Shown: positions 9,541 through 20,792 of the stretch, piece by piece
How the letters are laid out: each line of letters begins with the position of its first letter
Numbering within the stretch: the first letter of the stretch is position 1
Origin: an uncultured bacterium
GTDB taxonomy: Bacteria > Hydrothermota > Tepidihabitantia > Tepidihabitantales > DTDR01
DNA length: 64,000 bases
Direction: 5' to 3'
NCBI GenBank assembly: GCA_938040315.1
Contig: CALHQW010000004.1
Span: 32,700-96,699 of the forward strand
Translations under genes and position numbers: made by a program
The notes under the pieces: generated by a model
Database searches by the model: none
The model's input: the letters and a program-made list of their open reading frames with translations, nothing else
Told to the model about the DNA's origin: nothing

Positions 9541-9932
9541 AAAAGGTCTTTTTAATAATTTTGATTTATCTCTTTTTTCTTTTAGAAAATTTATCTCCTA
9601 ATATTTTTCCTAAGATTAGTATTACTCTTTTTGTTTTTAATGCTTTTTCTTCTTCTTTATTATTTTCTACTTTTTTAGGTTTTCTCTTAGGACTTTTATT
9701 TGATTTAAATAATCCAACGTTTTTTGGTCTTAATATGTTTATTTTTTCTGGTATTGGCTTTCTTATTCCCTATCTGCGTAACTTTATTTTACCAACAACC
9801 TATAATATTTTCTTTTCTTTAATTTTTATTCTCCTTCTCTTTTCTATTGTTAATCAAAATTTTTTCTTAATAAGTTTTCTTTTAACATTAATATTTTTCT
9901 TTTTAATTAAAAAATATGAAAAGAAAATTTAA
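9537..9932 (+). CDS. mreD: Rod shape-determining protein MreD (short)
   Basis: Hydrophobic, GFLLGLLFDL...FG motif, located between mreC and mrdA. Confidence 0.7.
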   Translation: MKKVFLIILIYLFFLLENLSPNIFPKISITLFVFNAFSSSLLFSTFLGFLLGLLFDLNNPTFFGLNMFIFSGIGFLIPYLRNFILPTTYNIFFSLIFILLLFSIVNQNFFLISFLLTLIFFFLIKKYEKKI

Positions 9933-11712
9933 AAATTTCATCCTCTTTACCTCTCTGCTCTTTTTGATTATTTTTAGTAGGGTTTTTTATTTACAAGTTT
10001 TAAAAGGCGAAAGATATGAAAAATTGTCCTATAATCAAAGAATAAGAAAAGTTATTTTAAGAGCACCCCGAGGAAGAATATTTGATGCTCAAGGTTTTTT
10101 AATTGCGGATACTAAATTATCTTATAACTTATCTATCTTACCTCAAGAGATTGATACCAGTTTTATATTTCAATATATCTCCAAAATTCTTAATATTGAT
10201 ATTAATAATTTAAAAGAAAAAATAATAGAATATAAAAATTATCCTTATCCAATTTTAGTCAAAAGAAATTTATCAAAAGAAGAAATAATTAGATTAGAAG
10301 AAAATTTGATATTTAAACAGGGGATAAGAATTGAAATCAATCCTTCTCGATATTATCCTTTCAAAAATGTTTCTTCCCTGGCGATCGGCTATTTAAATGA
10401 AACTTCCAAAGAAGATCTAAACAAAGATACTCTTTATAATTTGGGTGATTTAATTGGCAGATATGGAATAGAAGGATATTACGAAAAGATTTTGAGAGGG
10501 AAAGATGGTCTTGCTTTAATTGAAGTAGATGCGCGAGGAAGAGAAATCCAACCTTTCTCTGAAGCAAAAGAGATTCCAGCGGTTTCCGGTGCTGATATTT
10601 ATCTCTCTTTAGATATAAATTTAAACTTGTTCTGTGATTCTTTGCTTAATAATTATTCGGCTGGTTTAATATTAGGTATAGAACCAAAGACAGGAAGAAT
10701 CATAATTTTTTCAGGAAAACCAAATTTTGATCCAAACATGTTTTTAAAATTAAACTATAAAGAATGGCAAAGGTTAATAAAAGATAAAGGAAAACCTTTG
10801 TTCTCTCGAATTGTTGCCGGACTTTATCCCCCGGGTTCTACTTTCAAACCCTTTATTGCTTTACAAGCCTTAAAGAAAGGATTAATTGACGAAAAATCCC
10901 TTTTTTCGCCTTGTTATGGACAATATAAAATCGGTAAAAAAAATTTTAAATGTTGGCAAAGTCACGGTTCTTTAAATTTGGTTGATGCCATTGCTTATTC
11001 CTGTAATATCTATTTTTATCAATTAGGAATAAAATTAGGATTGAAAGAAATTTTAAAATTAATGAAAGATTTAAATATTCCAAATAAAACCAATGTGGAT
11101 TTATTAGAAGAAACAAATTCTCGAATTCCTGAGTACCAAACTGCTCCCTTAGGGAAAATTGCTAACCTTGCTATTGGACAAGGTGAAATTGCTTTAACAC
11201 CAATTAAATTAGCAGAACTTTATTGTGGAATATTTAACAATGGTCTTATTCCTCAACTCCATTTTTTAGATTCAATAAAAAATGCCAAAATTTTCCATCG
11301 CGATTTCTTAGATTCTTTAATCAAAAAGAATATTATTAAAATGATTATTAACGATAAAAAGGAGACTCTTTATCAATATATAAATAAATTTTATCGAATT
11401 CCTTTTCCTTTAGAAGTGATAGAAACTATAAAAAAGGGTTTATTAGCAGTGGTGGAAAAAGGAACAGGTAGAAGTGCTGGTGTACCTGGTGTGAAAGTCT
11501 ACGGAAAAACTGGGACTGCTCAAAATCCTTTTGGTAAAGACCATGCCTGGTTTATTGGTTATGCGGAAAAAAGAGATAAGAATTTATTGTTAGTAATTCT
11601 TTTAGAAAATGTTGGTGCTGGTGGTGTCTATGCGACACCAATAGCAAGAAAAATTTTTGTCAAATATTTTTCTTCCTATGTGGCAGAAAGGGAAAACAAT
11701 TTTAATAATTAG
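9916..11712 (+). CDS. mrdA: Penicillin-binding protein 2
   Basis: APRGRIFD, YPPGSTFK (SxxK), SCN, KTGTAQ, DHAWF. Confidence 0.93.
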   Translation: MKRKFKNFILFTSLLFLIIFSRVFYLQVLKGERYEKLSYNQRIRKVILRAPRGRIFDAQGFLIADTKLSYNLSILPQEIDTSFIFQYISKILNIDINNLKEKIIEYKNYPYPILVKRNLSKEEIIRLEENLIFKQGIRIEINPSRYYPFKNVSSLAIGYLNETSKEDLNKDTLYNLGDLIGRYGIEGYYEKILRGKDGLALIEVDARGREIQPFSEAKEIPAVSGADIYLSLDINLNLFCDSLLNNYSAGLILGIEPKTGRIIIFSGKPNFDPNMFLKLNYKEWQRLIKDKGKPLFSRIVAGLYPPGSTFKPFIALQALKKGLIDEKSLFSPCYGQYKIGKKNFKCWQSHGSLNLVDAIAYSCNIYFYQLGIKLGLKEILKLMKDLNIPNKTNVDLLEETNSRIPEYQTAPLGKIANLAIGQGEIALTPIKLAELYCGIFNNGLIPQLHFLDSIKNAKIFHRDFLDSLIKKNIIKMIINDKKETLYQYINKFYRIPFPLEVIETIKKGLLAVVEKGTGRSAGVPGVKVYGKTGTAQNPFGKDHAWFIGYAEKRDKNLLLVILLENVGAGGVYATPIARKIFVKYFSSYVAERENNFNN

Positions 11713-12844
11713 TTTAATTTTGATTATTTTGGGGTTTCTTAATATTTATTTTAGCGGTGGGAAAAAATATCTTTTTCGTCAAATTACTTTCTTCATAGTA
11801 GGAGTATTTCTTTTAATTTTATCAATGAGGGCTTCTTTAAAAATAATTTTTAATTTAAGTTTTTATTGGTATTTATTTTCCATCATCCTATTAATTTTAG
11901 TGTTATTTCTTTCTAAAAATAATGCCAAAAGATGGTTGGACTTATATCTCTTTACTTTTCAACCTTCGGAAATAACCAAAATTACGTATGTCTTATTCTT
12001 ATCATATTTTTTATCTGGCCAAAAAAAATTTGATTTTAACTTTAATTCCTTATTTTTACCGGTTTTAATAACTTTAATACCGACATTTTTAGTTTTAATT
12101 CAACCCGATTTAGGTTCAGCCTTTTCTTTCCTTTTTATCTTTGCTATTCTTTTATATTTTCGAGGTTTTTCCTTTTCCCAAATTTTTATTCTTTATTCAC
12201 CCTTATTTTCTTTTATCTTTGGATTTTCTTTATTAACTTGGATTACCTATTTTTTATTTCTGATTTTCATCGCTTTTAGAAAAAATACTATTTTTTACGG
12301 TTTTGGAGTTTTGGCAGTAAATAGTTTTTTTGGACTTTTAAATCCTTTAATCTGGCAAAATTTAAAAGAGTATCAAAGAGAAAGAATTATTGCCTTTTTA
12401 GCTCCTTATTTGGATCCCAAGGGTATTAGTTGGAGTAGTATTCAAGCACAAATTGCTATTGGTAGTGGAAGAATCTTCGGAAAGGGTTTTTCTCATCCTC
12501 CTCTAAGCAAATTAGATTTTATTCCCAACCCTCATACCGATTTTATTTTTACTACCCATTCAGAGAAATTTGGTTTAATTGGAGTAACCTTTTTAATTTT
12601 ATTATATTTCTTGTTTCTTTATCAGATTTACCATTATTTAATTAAGAATATTGATTTAAAATCCCAACTAACAATTGCTGGTTTGGGCGCTATTTTTCTT
12701 TACCACATTTTTGTAAATTTAGGAATGGTGTCGGGGATTTTACCGGTTACGGGTTTAACTCTACCGTTTATCTCTTACGGTGGAACTTCTTTAATTAGTA
12801 ATTTGATAACAATCGGTTTAATTTTAAACTTAATTAATCAATAA
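11678..12844 (+). CDS. rodA: Rod shape-determining SEDS protein RodA
   Basis: FQPSE, QPDLG, IAIGSG, HTDFIF, LPFISYGG. ATG 11678 preferred over TTG 11657. Confidence 0.9.
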   Translation: MWQKGKTILIISLILIILGFLNIYFSGGKKYLFRQITFFIVGVFLLILSMRASLKIIFNLSFYWYLFSIILLILVLFLSKNNAKRWLDLYLFTFQPSEITKITYVLFLSYFLSGQKKFDFNFNSLFLPVLITLIPTFLVLIQPDLGSAFSFLFIFAILLYFRGFSFSQIFILYSPLFSFIFGFSLLTWITYFLFLIFIAFRKNTIFYGFGVLAVNSFFGLLNPLIWQNLKEYQRERIIAFLAPYLDPKGISWSSIQAQIAIGSGRIFGKGFSHPPLSKLDFIPNPHTDFIFTTHSEKFGLIGVTFLILLYFLFLYQIYHYLIKNIDLKSQLTIAGLGAIFLYHIFVNLGMVSGILPVTGLTLPFISYGGTSLISNLITIGLILNLINQ

Positions 12845-13863
12845 TGGAAAATATAAAATCTTTTACTTTAAAAGAACTTAAAGAGTTAGTAGAAAATTTG
12901 AATTGGCCCGAATACAGTGCTTATCAAATATTTCAATGGCTTTGGCAAAAAAAAGTTAACGATTTCTCTTTGATGAGTAATCTTTCTAAATTAAAAAGAG
13001 AATATTTAAAAAATAATTATATAATTACTGAATTAAAAATTATTGGCAACAAAAAAGCAAAGGATGGTACAGAAAAATTTCTATTTGAACTTTATGATAA
13101 TAATAAAGTAGAGACAGTATTTATTCCGGAAGAAAAAAGAAAAACAGTGTGTGTTTCTTCCCAAATTGGTTGTCCTTTAAAATGTCTTTTTTGTAACAGC
13201 GGAAAGATATCTTTTAAAAGAAATTTATATTTTTATGAAATTTGTGACCAGATATTAATGATTGAAAAAAAATTAAATATAAAACCAACAAATATTGTTT
13301 TTATGGGAATTGGCGAACCTCTATTAAATTTGGAAGAAGTTTTAAAAGCAATCCAAGTAATAACCTCTCCTATTGGCTTTGGAATAAGTGCCCGTAAAAT
13401 TACTATTTCTACTGCGGGAATTGTTGAGGGTATTTATCGTTTAGCCGAAATAAAGAAGAAAGTGAAATTGGCTATTTCTTTAAATGCTACTAAAGACGAG
13501 ATTAGAGAATACTTAATGCCGATAAATAAAAAATATCCAATTTCTGAAATTTTAAAAGCCTGTGAGTATTATTGGCAGAAAAAAAGAGAAAGAATCACTT
13601 TTGAATATGTTTTAATAAGAGATATTAACGATAGCGAAGAGGATGCTTATTCTTTAAGTAGAATATTAAAAAAGATTCCTTGCAAAATTAACCTTATTCC
13701 ATTTAATTCTTTTCCCAGTATTTCTTTTCAGCCACCCTCTTTAAAAAGAATAGAAAAGTTTATGAAAATATTAGTCGAAGCTAATTACACAGTGACTCTA
13801 AGAAAAAGTCATGGTCAAGAAATTCTTGCTGGTTGTGGTCAACTTGCTTATCAAAATTATTAA
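12844..13863 (+). CDS. rlmN: Dual-specificity RNA methyltransferase RlmN
   Basis: CVSSQIGCPLKCLFC radical-SAM motif, MGIGEP, C-terminal CGQL. Confidence 0.94.
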   Translation: MENIKSFTLKELKELVENLNWPEYSAYQIFQWLWQKKVNDFSLMSNLSKLKREYLKNNYIITELKIIGNKKAKDGTEKFLFELYDNNKVETVFIPEEKRKTVCVSSQIGCPLKCLFCNSGKISFKRNLYFYEICDQILMIEKKLNIKPTNIVFMGIGEPLLNLEEVLKAIQVITSPIGFGISARKITISTAGIVEGIYRLAEIKKKVKLAISLNATKDEIREYLMPINKKYPISEILKACEYYWQKKRERITFEYVLIRDINDSEEDAYSLSRILKKIPCKINLIPFNSFPSISFQPPSLKRIEKFMKILVEANYTVTLRKSHGQEILAGCGQLAYQNY

Positions 13864-13920
13864 AATCTTGAAAAGAAAAATAAAATTTGATATAATTTTT
13901 GTTTATTAAAAGGAGTTAAT

Positions 13921-14508
13921 ATGGAAAAGGAGATTTTAGAAATTAGATGGCATGGTCGTGGAGGACAAGGAGCAAAAACTGCCGCCTTGCTTTTTGGCGA
14001 AGCTGCGCTAGAAACAGGAAAATACATCCAAGCCTTTCCGGAATATGGTCCGGAAAGAATGGGAGCTCCCGTAACTGCCTATAACCGAATTTCCTCTTCA
14101 GAAATTAAAATCCATTCGGGAATTAAAAATCCCGATATCCTAATAATATTAGATCCTACTCTTTTTGATACTTGTAATGTTTTAGAAGGATTGAAAGAAG
14201 ATGGAATTATTTTAGTAAACACTAAAGAATCTCCAGAAAGGATTAGAGAAAAATTATTTTTAAAAGAAAGTAAAATAAAAATATATACTGTTGATGCTTC
14301 AAAAATTGCTACGGAATCTTTAGGAAGAGACATTCCTAACACACCGATGTTAGGTGCTTTGGTGAAGATATTAGGTATTTTAGATTTTCAAAGTTTTTTT
14401 AATTCAGTCAAAAAAAGATTGCAGGAAAAATTTCGAGGAAAAGAAAGTTTTATTGAAAAAAATCTTGAAGCTATCAAAAGAGCCTATGAGGAGGTAAAAA
14501 GTGAGTAA
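13921..14508 (+). CDS. porC: Pyruvate/2-oxoacid:ferredoxin oxidoreductase gamma subunit
   Basis: EIRWHGRGGQG, FPEYGPERMGAP, PNTPMLGA; AGGAG SD. Confidence 0.9.
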   Translation: MEKEILEIRWHGRGGQGAKTAALLFGEAALETGKYIQAFPEYGPERMGAPVTAYNRISSSEIKIHSGIKNPDILIILDPTLFDTCNVLEGLKEDGIILVNTKESPERIREKLFLKESKIKIYTVDASKIATESLGRDIPNTPMLGALVKILGILDFQSFFNSVKKRLQEKFRGKESFIEKNLEAIKRAYEEVKSE

Positions 14509-14812
14509 TAAAGATAAAAAAGAGTGTTTGATTGTCAGTTGGAAAGATTTAACCTGCGGTGCTTTAATTAAAGATTTAAAAAGAATAAAGGAAAACAAAA
14601 CCGGAAGTTGGCGAAGCCAAAAACCAGTTTTTAATAAAGAAAAATGTATAAATTGCTATCGCTGCTGGATGTATTGTCCTGACTCAGCAATTTTAATTGA
14701 AAATGACAAAGTGGTTGGAATCAATTATGATTATTGTAAAGGATGCGGAATATGCGCTCAAGAATGCCCAAAGAAAGTTCAAGCAATTGTAATGGTAAGG
14801 GAGGAAAAATGA
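14501..14812 (+). CDS. porD: Pyruvate/2-oxoacid:ferredoxin oxidoreductase delta subunit (2x[4Fe-4S])
   Basis: TGSWR, CINCYRCWMYCP, CKGCGICAQECP. Confidence 0.9.
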   Translation: MSNKDKKECLIVSWKDLTCGALIKDLKRIKENKTGSWRSQKPVFNKEKCINCYRCWMYCPDSAILIENDKVVGINYDYCKGCGICAQECPKKVQAIVMVREEK

Positions 14813-15978
14813 TTTTGGCAAAAACCGGAAACGAAGCAATTGCTTATGCTATGAAACAGATAAATCCAGATGTTGTAGCTGCTTATCCAATTACTCCTGC
14901 CACCGAAATTGTTCAAATTTTTTCTTCTTATGTTGCTGATGGAATTGTTGATACAGAGTTTATTGCAGTAGAGAGCGAACATTCAGCAATGAGTGCTTGT
15001 ATTGCCGCAGCCGCTTCTGGAGCAAGGGCGATGACTGCCACATCTTCACAAGGATTAGCATTAATGCATGAAATGCTCTTTATTGCTTCCGGATTAAGAT
15101 TACCAATTGTGTTGTGTGTAGTAAATCGTTCACTTTCATCGCCATTGAATATTCATTGCGACCATACTGATTCACTGGCTTCTCGTGATTCAGGTTGGAT
15201 ACAAATTTTCTGTGAAGATGCTCAAGAAGCTTATGATACGACAATTTGCGCTGTAAAAATTGCCGAAAAAGCCTTATTACCAGTAATGATTACCATTGAT
15301 GGATTTATCATTTCTCACTGCATGCAAAAAATTGAGGTTCTTCCCGACGAAGAGGTAAAATCTTTTATTGGCGAATATAAACCAAATTATAATCTTTTAG
15401 ATGTCGAAAATCCGATAACTCTTGGACCTGCTTGTCTGCCAGATTCTTTTTTTGAACACAAAAGAGCCCAAGCTGAAGGTATGAACCAGGCTTTAACTTG
15501 CATTGAAAAAGTATTTAAAGAGTATAAAGAAAGATTTGATCGAGAATTACCTATTTTAGAAGAATACCAAACAGAAGATGCGGAAGTGGCTATTATTTGT
15601 ATGGGTTCTACCGCTGGAACAAGTAAAGTGGCAGTAAACAATTTGAGAAAAAAGGGTTACCGAGTAGGATTATTTAAATTAAGAGTTTTTCGTCCAATTG
15701 TTGTTAAATATCTTCAGAGAACTTTAAGAAATATAAAAATTTTAGGTATTTTAGAAAGAATGGAAGGATTAAGTGCTTTTGGTGGTCCTTTATTTAATGA
15801 AATACGTTCAGTTTTATATGATGAAATAAAAAGACCAATTACAGTATCTTATGTGTATGGATTAGGTGGTAGAGAGATAACTCCGGAAGAAATTGAAGAA
15901 ATTTTTTTAGAATTATTATCGTTAAAAAACAAAAAAAGAAAAAGTATCGAAAAATTTAAATATATTAATGTGAGGTGA
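14809..15978 (+). CDS. porA: Pyruvate/2-oxoacid:ferredoxin oxidoreductase alpha subunit
   Basis: AAYPITP, ESEHSAMS, TSSQGL, YGLGGR. Start moved to ATG 14809 (GGAGG SD, ATGA overlap with porD). Confidence 0.92.
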   Translation: MILAKTGNEAIAYAMKQINPDVVAAYPITPATEIVQIFSSYVADGIVDTEFIAVESEHSAMSACIAAAASGARAMTATSSQGLALMHEMLFIASGLRLPIVLCVVNRSLSSPLNIHCDHTDSLASRDSGWIQIFCEDAQEAYDTTICAVKIAEKALLPVMITIDGFIISHCMQKIEVLPDEEVKSFIGEYKPNYNLLDVENPITLGPACLPDSFFEHKRAQAEGMNQALTCIEKVFKEYKERFDRELPILEEYQTEDAEVAIICMGSTAGTSKVAVNNLRKKGYRVGLFKLRVFRPIVVKYLQRTLRNIKILGILERMEGLSAFGGPLFNEIRSVLYDEIKRPITVSYVYGLGGREITPEEIEEIFLELLSLKNKKRKSIEKFKYINVR

Positions 15979-15979
15979 G

Positions 15980-16909
15980 ATGAAAAATTTAAAGGATTTA
16001 TTAAAGGAAGAAGAACTTTTTAGTTCAGGACATCGGGCTTGTGCCGGCTGTGGCGAAGTTTTAGCTGCAAGACAAGTATTGTTGGCTAGTAAGAAACCAA
16101 TTGTCTGCGCAATGCCTACCGGTTGTTTAGAAATTGTCTCCACAATTTTTCCTCATACTGCCTGGCAAGTTCCTATGTTTCATTCTGCTTTTGAAAATGC
16201 TGCCGCAACTATCTCAGGAATAGAAGCTGCTTATCAAGTTTTATCAAGAAAAGGAAAAATAAATAAAAAAATTTATTTTATTGCTTTTGGTGGCGATGGT
16301 GGGACATATGATATTGGATTTCAGGCACTTTCCGGAGCAATTGAAAGAAGGCATAGTTTTTTATATGTGTGTACTGACAACCAGGCTTACATGAATACCG
16401 GCATCCAACGTTCCTCTGCTACTCCCCAATTTGCTCACACTACTACTTCTCCCAAAGGAGAGAAACTACCAGGGAAATTACAACCAAGGAAAGATATAAT
16501 GGAAATTATTATTGCTCACGAAGTACCTTACGCTGCTCAAACAACAGTCGCTTTTTTCCAAGATTTGGTGAGAAAAGTGGAAAAGGCTCAATCTTACGAT
16601 GGTCCTACTTTTATCAATATTTTAGTTCCTTGCCCATTGGGTTGGGGACATTTACCATCTTTAACAATTGAAATCTCTCGATTAGCAGTAGAAACAAATT
16701 TCTGGCCTCTTTATGAATATGAAAATGGAGTTTATCGATTAACTTACCAACCTTCTCAGTCTAAACCCCTAACTGAATGGCTAAAACTTCAAGGAAGATT
16801 TGCTCATCTTTTTGAAGAGAAAAATAAACATCTGTTAGAAGAATTCCAAAAATATGTAAATGAAAAATATCAAAAACTTCTTAAAAAATGTGAATTAAGT
16901 GCAAAGTAA
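15980..16909 (+). CDS. porB: Pyruvate/2-oxoacid:ferredoxin oxidoreductase beta subunit
   Basis: GHRACAGC, TPP-binding GDGG..DIG..N, YMNTGIQRS, PCP. Confidence 0.92.
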   Translation: MKNLKDLLKEEELFSSGHRACAGCGEVLAARQVLLASKKPIVCAMPTGCLEIVSTIFPHTAWQVPMFHSAFENAAATISGIEAAYQVLSRKGKINKKIYFIAFGGDGGTYDIGFQALSGAIERRHSFLYVCTDNQAYMNTGIQRSSATPQFAHTTTSPKGEKLPGKLQPRKDIMEIIIAHEVPYAAQTTVAFFQDLVRKVEKAQSYDGPTFINILVPCPLGWGHLPSLTIEISRLAVETNFWPLYEYENGVYRLTYQPSQSKPLTEWLKLQGRFAHLFEEKNKHLLEEFQKYVNEKYQKLLKKCELSAK

Positions 16910-17420
16910 CCTCCTTCTCCATACTTGTTGTGCAATTTGTCTTTTAAATTTTTTAAATTCTTTAAGAGAAACTTTTAAAATAACTATTTTTTATTATAAT
17001 CCAAATATTCATCCTTTCCAGGAATATGAAAAAAGATTAAAAGCCGTTGAAAAACTTTCTTGGCTAAAAAATTTAGAATTAATTATTCCTATTTACACAC
17101 CTATTAGTTTTTTAAATAAAATAAAGGACTACCGAAAAGAGAAAGAGGGTGGAAAAAGATGTGAAATTTGTTTTCAAATTAGATTAGAAAAAACAGCCCA
17201 ATTTGCTAAAGATAATAATTTTCATTATTTTTCAACAACTTTAATTAGTAGTCCTCAGAAAAATAAAGATTTGATAGATGCTTTTGGTAATAAGATAGCT
17301 AAAGAGAAAAAAGTTAATTACTTCACTTTAAAAGAAATTTTTTTGGTAAAAAAAGAAGAAATTAAAAAATTAAATATTTATTCTCAAAAATATTGTGGCT
17401 GTATCTATTCTTTCTATTAA
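16899..17420 (+). CDS. queH: Epoxyqueuosine reductase QueH
   Basis: LLHTCCAIC, YNPNIHP, RCEIC, QKYCGCIYS. Confidence 0.85.
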   Translation: MQSNLLLHTCCAICLLNFLNSLRETFKITIFYYNPNIHPFQEYEKRLKAVEKLSWLKNLELIIPIYTPISFLNKIKDYRKEKEGGKRCEICFQIRLEKTAQFAKDNNFHYFSTTLISSPQKNKDLIDAFGNKIAKEKKVNYFTLKEIFLVKKEEIKKLNIYSQKYCGCIYSFY

Positions 17421-18009
17421 AAAATTAATAAATAAAATTAAAAAATGTAGAAAGTGTTCTCATTTAAAAAATTATAAACCAGTTTTTTCTCCGATAATAA
17501 ATGCAAATATTTTAATTATTGGTCAATCTCCAGGGAAAAAAGAAAAAGAAATAGGATTACCTTTTGTTGGGTCAGCAGGAAAAAAACTTTTTTCTTGGTT
17601 TAAAGAAATTGGTTTACAGGAAGAGAAAATAAGAAAAGAGTTTTATATAACTCAAGTAATAAAATGTTATTTGGGAAGCAATCGAACACCAAAAGAGATT
17701 GAATTAAGAAATTGCTTATCCTATCTTTATTCAGAAATAGAATTTTTAAATCCGCAGGTAATTATTCCCATTGGAATTGTAGCAATCAAAGTAATTTTAG
17801 GAGAAAAGAAAATTGACGAAGTAATTGGAAAAACTTTTAGATGGAAGAACTCCTTAGTAATTCCTCTTCCCCATCCTTCTGGTGCCAACGTTTGGTTAAA
17901 TAAAAAGAAAAATCAAAAGAAATTAAAAAAAGCCTTAAAAAAAATAAAAATTATTTTAAAGCAACAAACATTACCCTTAAAGAATCTCTCCGAGCTGGTA
18001 AAAAAGTAA
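17395..18009 (+). CDS. Uracil-DNA glycosylase family protein (family 4/5-like, Fe-S)
   Basis: CRKC, IIGQSPG..E, PFVGSAG, KC...C, PLPHPSG. Confidence 0.82.
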   Translation: MAVSILSIKKLINKIKKCRKCSHLKNYKPVFSPIINANILIIGQSPGKKEKEIGLPFVGSAGKKLFSWFKEIGLQEEKIRKEFYITQVIKCYLGSNRTPKEIELRNCLSYLYSEIEFLNPQVIIPIGIVAIKVILGEKKIDEVIGKTFRWKNSLVIPLPHPSGANVWLNKKKNQKKLKKALKKIKIILKQQTLPLKNLSELVKK

Positions 18010-18700
18010 GATGTTGAAAAATTTTAATTTTTTTAAACCCAACTTTTTTCAAAATTTTAACTATTGTTTTATATTCATATCCTCTTTCTTGATGGAATTC
18101 AGTAAAAGATTCGTTGCTATTTTTAAGATAGCATTTTAAATAAAGAGTAGAAATTTTTAATTTTTTATCAAATTTATTTTCCCAAATTGTTTTTAAATTT
18201 TCGCTTTCTCTTATAAATTTGTTGTTAGCCCAAAATTTTTCTAAAACAAAAATAGTGTTCATATCAAAACTAAAAATTCCCTTTTCTTTCAAAAATTTAT
18301 AAATTAAAGAAAAACATCTCTCTATCTCGTCTTCGTTTAATAAATAATTAATACTGTCATAAAAGGATACCGCAGCATCAACTTGAATATTTAAATTAAA
18401 ATTAGTAATGTCACTTTCAATTATTGTTAAATTTTTTTTTAAATCTGGATAATTGTTTATTTTCTTTTTAAAAATATTAAGCATCTCTTTACTCTTATCA
18501 ATCCCAATAACTTGATAACCTTTCTTTAAAAGAATGATTGAAGGAATCCCTGTTCCGCAAGCCAGGTCTAAAATAATTTTTGGTTTAACATTAAAAAAAC
18601 TCCAAATATCAATTAAATACTCTACCCAGGCATCATAATTTACCAATTTCAACATAAATTCATCATAAAAGGGGGCAAATTTAGAAAAAGGCTTCTCCAT
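17951..18700 (-). CDS. Class I SAM-dependent methyltransferase
   Basis: FAPFYD, LDLACGTG, DSINYL, FDMNT. Likely start ATG 18700, behind a TTGAAA-17-TAGAAT promoter. Confidence 0.87.
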   Translation of the reverse strand: MEKPFSKFAPFYDEFMLKLVNYDAWVEYLIDIWSFFNVKPKIILDLACGTGIPSIILLKKGYQVIGIDKSKEMLNIFKKKINNYPDLKKNLTIIESDITNFNLNIQVDAAVSFYDSINYLLNEDEIERCFSLIYKFLKEKGIFSFDMNTIFVLEKFWANNKFIRESENLKTIWENKFDKKLKISTLYLKCYLKNSNESFTEFHQERGYEYKTIVKILKKVGFKKIKIFQHLTFLPARRDSLRVMFVALK

Positions 18701-18790
18701 TAGGTATATTCTATAAGAAATAAAAATAATTTTCAATTTTATTGACTTTTTAAAAAGATTAAGTAAAATTAAAAAGATTAAATTTTAATA

Positions 18791-19069
18791 ATGACAAAAT
18801 TTGCTCAAAAAGTTTTAGCAATTGTGAAAAGGATCCCAAGGGGTAAAGTAATGACTTATAAAGAAATTGCTATAAAATTAGGAAATAAAAATTTAGCCCG
18901 AGCAATTGGTCAAGTATTAAAAAAAAATCCCTATCCAATAGTTATACCTTGTCATCGGGTAATAAGAAGTGATGGAAAAATTGGTGGTTATTCTTTAGGA
19001 ATAAAAAAGAAAAAAAGGTTATTAAGAAAAGAAGGGATTTTAATAATTGGTGACAAGGTGATTAGATGA
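18791..19069 (+). CDS. ogt: Minimal methylated-DNA-protein-cysteine methyltransferase (C-terminal domain only)
   Basis: IPRGKVMTY, ARAIG, NPYPIVIPCHRV with active Cys. Confidence 0.85.
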   Translation: MTKFAQKVLAIVKRIPRGKVMTYKEIAIKLGNKNLARAIGQVLKKNPYPIVIPCHRVIRSDGKIGGYSLGIKKKKRLLRKEGILIIGDKVIR

Positions 19070-19689
19070 ATGAAATTATTAGATTACAAGTAGGTGAGGT
19101 ACTTACTAACACTTATATTATAAAATCTAAAAACGAAATTATAGTAATTGACCCTGCTTTTGAAAGTGAAAGAATTATAAAAGAGATTAAGAATCTGAAA
19201 GGAGATATTAAATATATTATTAATACCCATGGACATATTGATCACATTAGCAGTAATAATGATTTATTAAAAGAATTTAATTGTCAATTATTAATTCATG
19301 AATTAGATAGCAAATTACTTATTTCACCTGAAAAAAACCTATCTCTTCTTTTTGGTTATTCTTATATTTCTCAGCAGGCTGATTTATTACTTAAAGACGG
19401 TGATAAAATAAAAATTGGTGACTTAGAATTAAAAGTAATTCATACGCCAGGACATACTGAAGGCAGTATTTCTTTATATGGCGATGGTTTTATTTTTACT
19501 GGTGATACACTTTTTTATGATTCTATTGGGCGCAGTGATTTTCCTGGTGGTGATGAAAAAAAACTTTTTGAATCATTAGAAAAATTAAATAAGATAATAA
19601 AAGAGGATCAAATAGTTTATCCTGGTCACGGAGATTTTGGTTATTTTTATGAAATTAAAAAAATTAACCCTTTTTTAAATATCATTTAA
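19066..19689 (+). CDS. MBL-fold metallo-hydrolase (glyoxalase II-like)
   Basis: THGHIDH, HTPGHT, FTGDTLF, PGHG. Confidence 0.88.
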   Translation: MNEIIRLQVGEVLTNTYIIKSKNEIIVIDPAFESERIIKEIKNLKGDIKYIINTHGHIDHISSNNDLLKEFNCQLLIHELDSKLLISPEKNLSLLFGYSYISQQADLLLKDGDKIKIGDLELKVIHTPGHTEGSISLYGDGFIFTGDTLFYDSIGRSDFPGGDEKKLFESLEKLNKIIKEDQIVYPGHGDFGYFYEIKKINPFLNII

Positions 19690-19699
19690 GGAGGAAAAT

Positions 19700-20788
19700 A
19701 TGCCAAAAATTAGGGTAGCAATTATTGGTGTAGGTAACTGTGCTTCCAGTTTAGTTCAAGGAGTGTATTATTATAAAAATGCTAAAGAGGGCGATTTTAT
19801 ACCAGGAATAATGCATGTTAATCTTGGTGGCTATCATATTTCTGATATTGAATTTACGGTTGGTATTGATATTGACAAAAGAAAAGTTGGAAAAGACCTA
19901 GCCCAAGCAATTTTTACTTATCCTAATAATACTTATAAATTTTGTGAGGTTCCAAAATTAAATGTAAAGGTAGTGCGCGGAATGACTCATGATGGTTTAG
20001 GATATTATCTTTCTCAAATTATTGAAAAGGCACCCGGTCCAACTGCTGACATTGTTAGAATCTTAAGAGAGACTAAGACTGATGTAGTGGTGAATTTTCT
20101 ACCGGTCGGAAGCGAAGAAGCAACAAAATGGTATGTGGAACAAACATTAAAAGCAAAGTGTGCTTTCGTCAATTGTATTCCGGTGTTTATTGCTTCAGAA
20201 AAATATTGGCAAAATCGTTTTAAAGAGGCCAAATTACCGGTTATTGGCGATGATATCAAATCCCAAGTGGGAGCCACTATCGTTCATCGGGTTTTGACCC
20301 ACCTTTTTATTGAAAGAGGAGTAAAAATTGAAAAAACAAGCCAATTAAATGTGGGTGGCAATACTGATTTTCTAAATATGTTAGAACGTTCCCGATTACA
20401 ATCTAAAAAAATTTCGAAGACCAAGGCAGTAACTTCTTTAATACCTTATGACATTGGTGAAGAGAATGTGTATATTGGACCCTCTGATTACGTTGCTTGG
20501 TTAAAAGATAGGAAATGGGCTTACATCCGAATAGAAGGAAGAACTTTTGGCGATGTACCTTTAAATTTAGAATTAAAATTAGAAGTTTGGGATTCACCAA
20601 ATTCTGCTGGTGTAGTAATTGATGCTATTCGGTGTGCAAAGTTAGCATTAGATAATAATCTTAGTGGTGCGATAATAGAACCCTCTTGTTATTTTATGAA
20701 AACTCCGCCAAGACAGATACCTGATCACATTGCTCGGGAAAAATTAGAACAATTTATTAAAAAATACGGTTTAAAATCTAAAAAATAA
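19700..20788 (+). CDS. ino1: Myo-inositol-1-phosphate synthase
   Basis: [47 protein letters not shown]. Confidence 0.94.
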   Translation: MPKIRVAIIGVGNCASSLVQGVYYYKNAKEGDFIPGIMHVNLGGYHISDIEFTVGIDIDKRKVGKDLAQAIFTYPNNTYKFCEVPKLNVKVVRGMTHDGLGYYLSQIIEKAPGPTADIVRILRETKTDVVVNFLPVGSEEATKWYVEQTLKAKCAFVNCIPVFIASEKYWQNRFKEAKLPVIGDDIKSQVGATIVHRVLTHLFIERGVKIEKTSQLNVGGNTDFLNMLERSRLQSKKISKTKAVTSLIPYDIGEENVYIGPSDYVAWLKDRKWAYIRIEGRTFGDVPLNLELKLEVWDSPNSAGVVIDAIRCAKLALDNNLSGAIIEPSCYFMKTPPRQIPDHIAREKLEQFIKKYGLKSKK

Positions 20789-20792
20789 AATA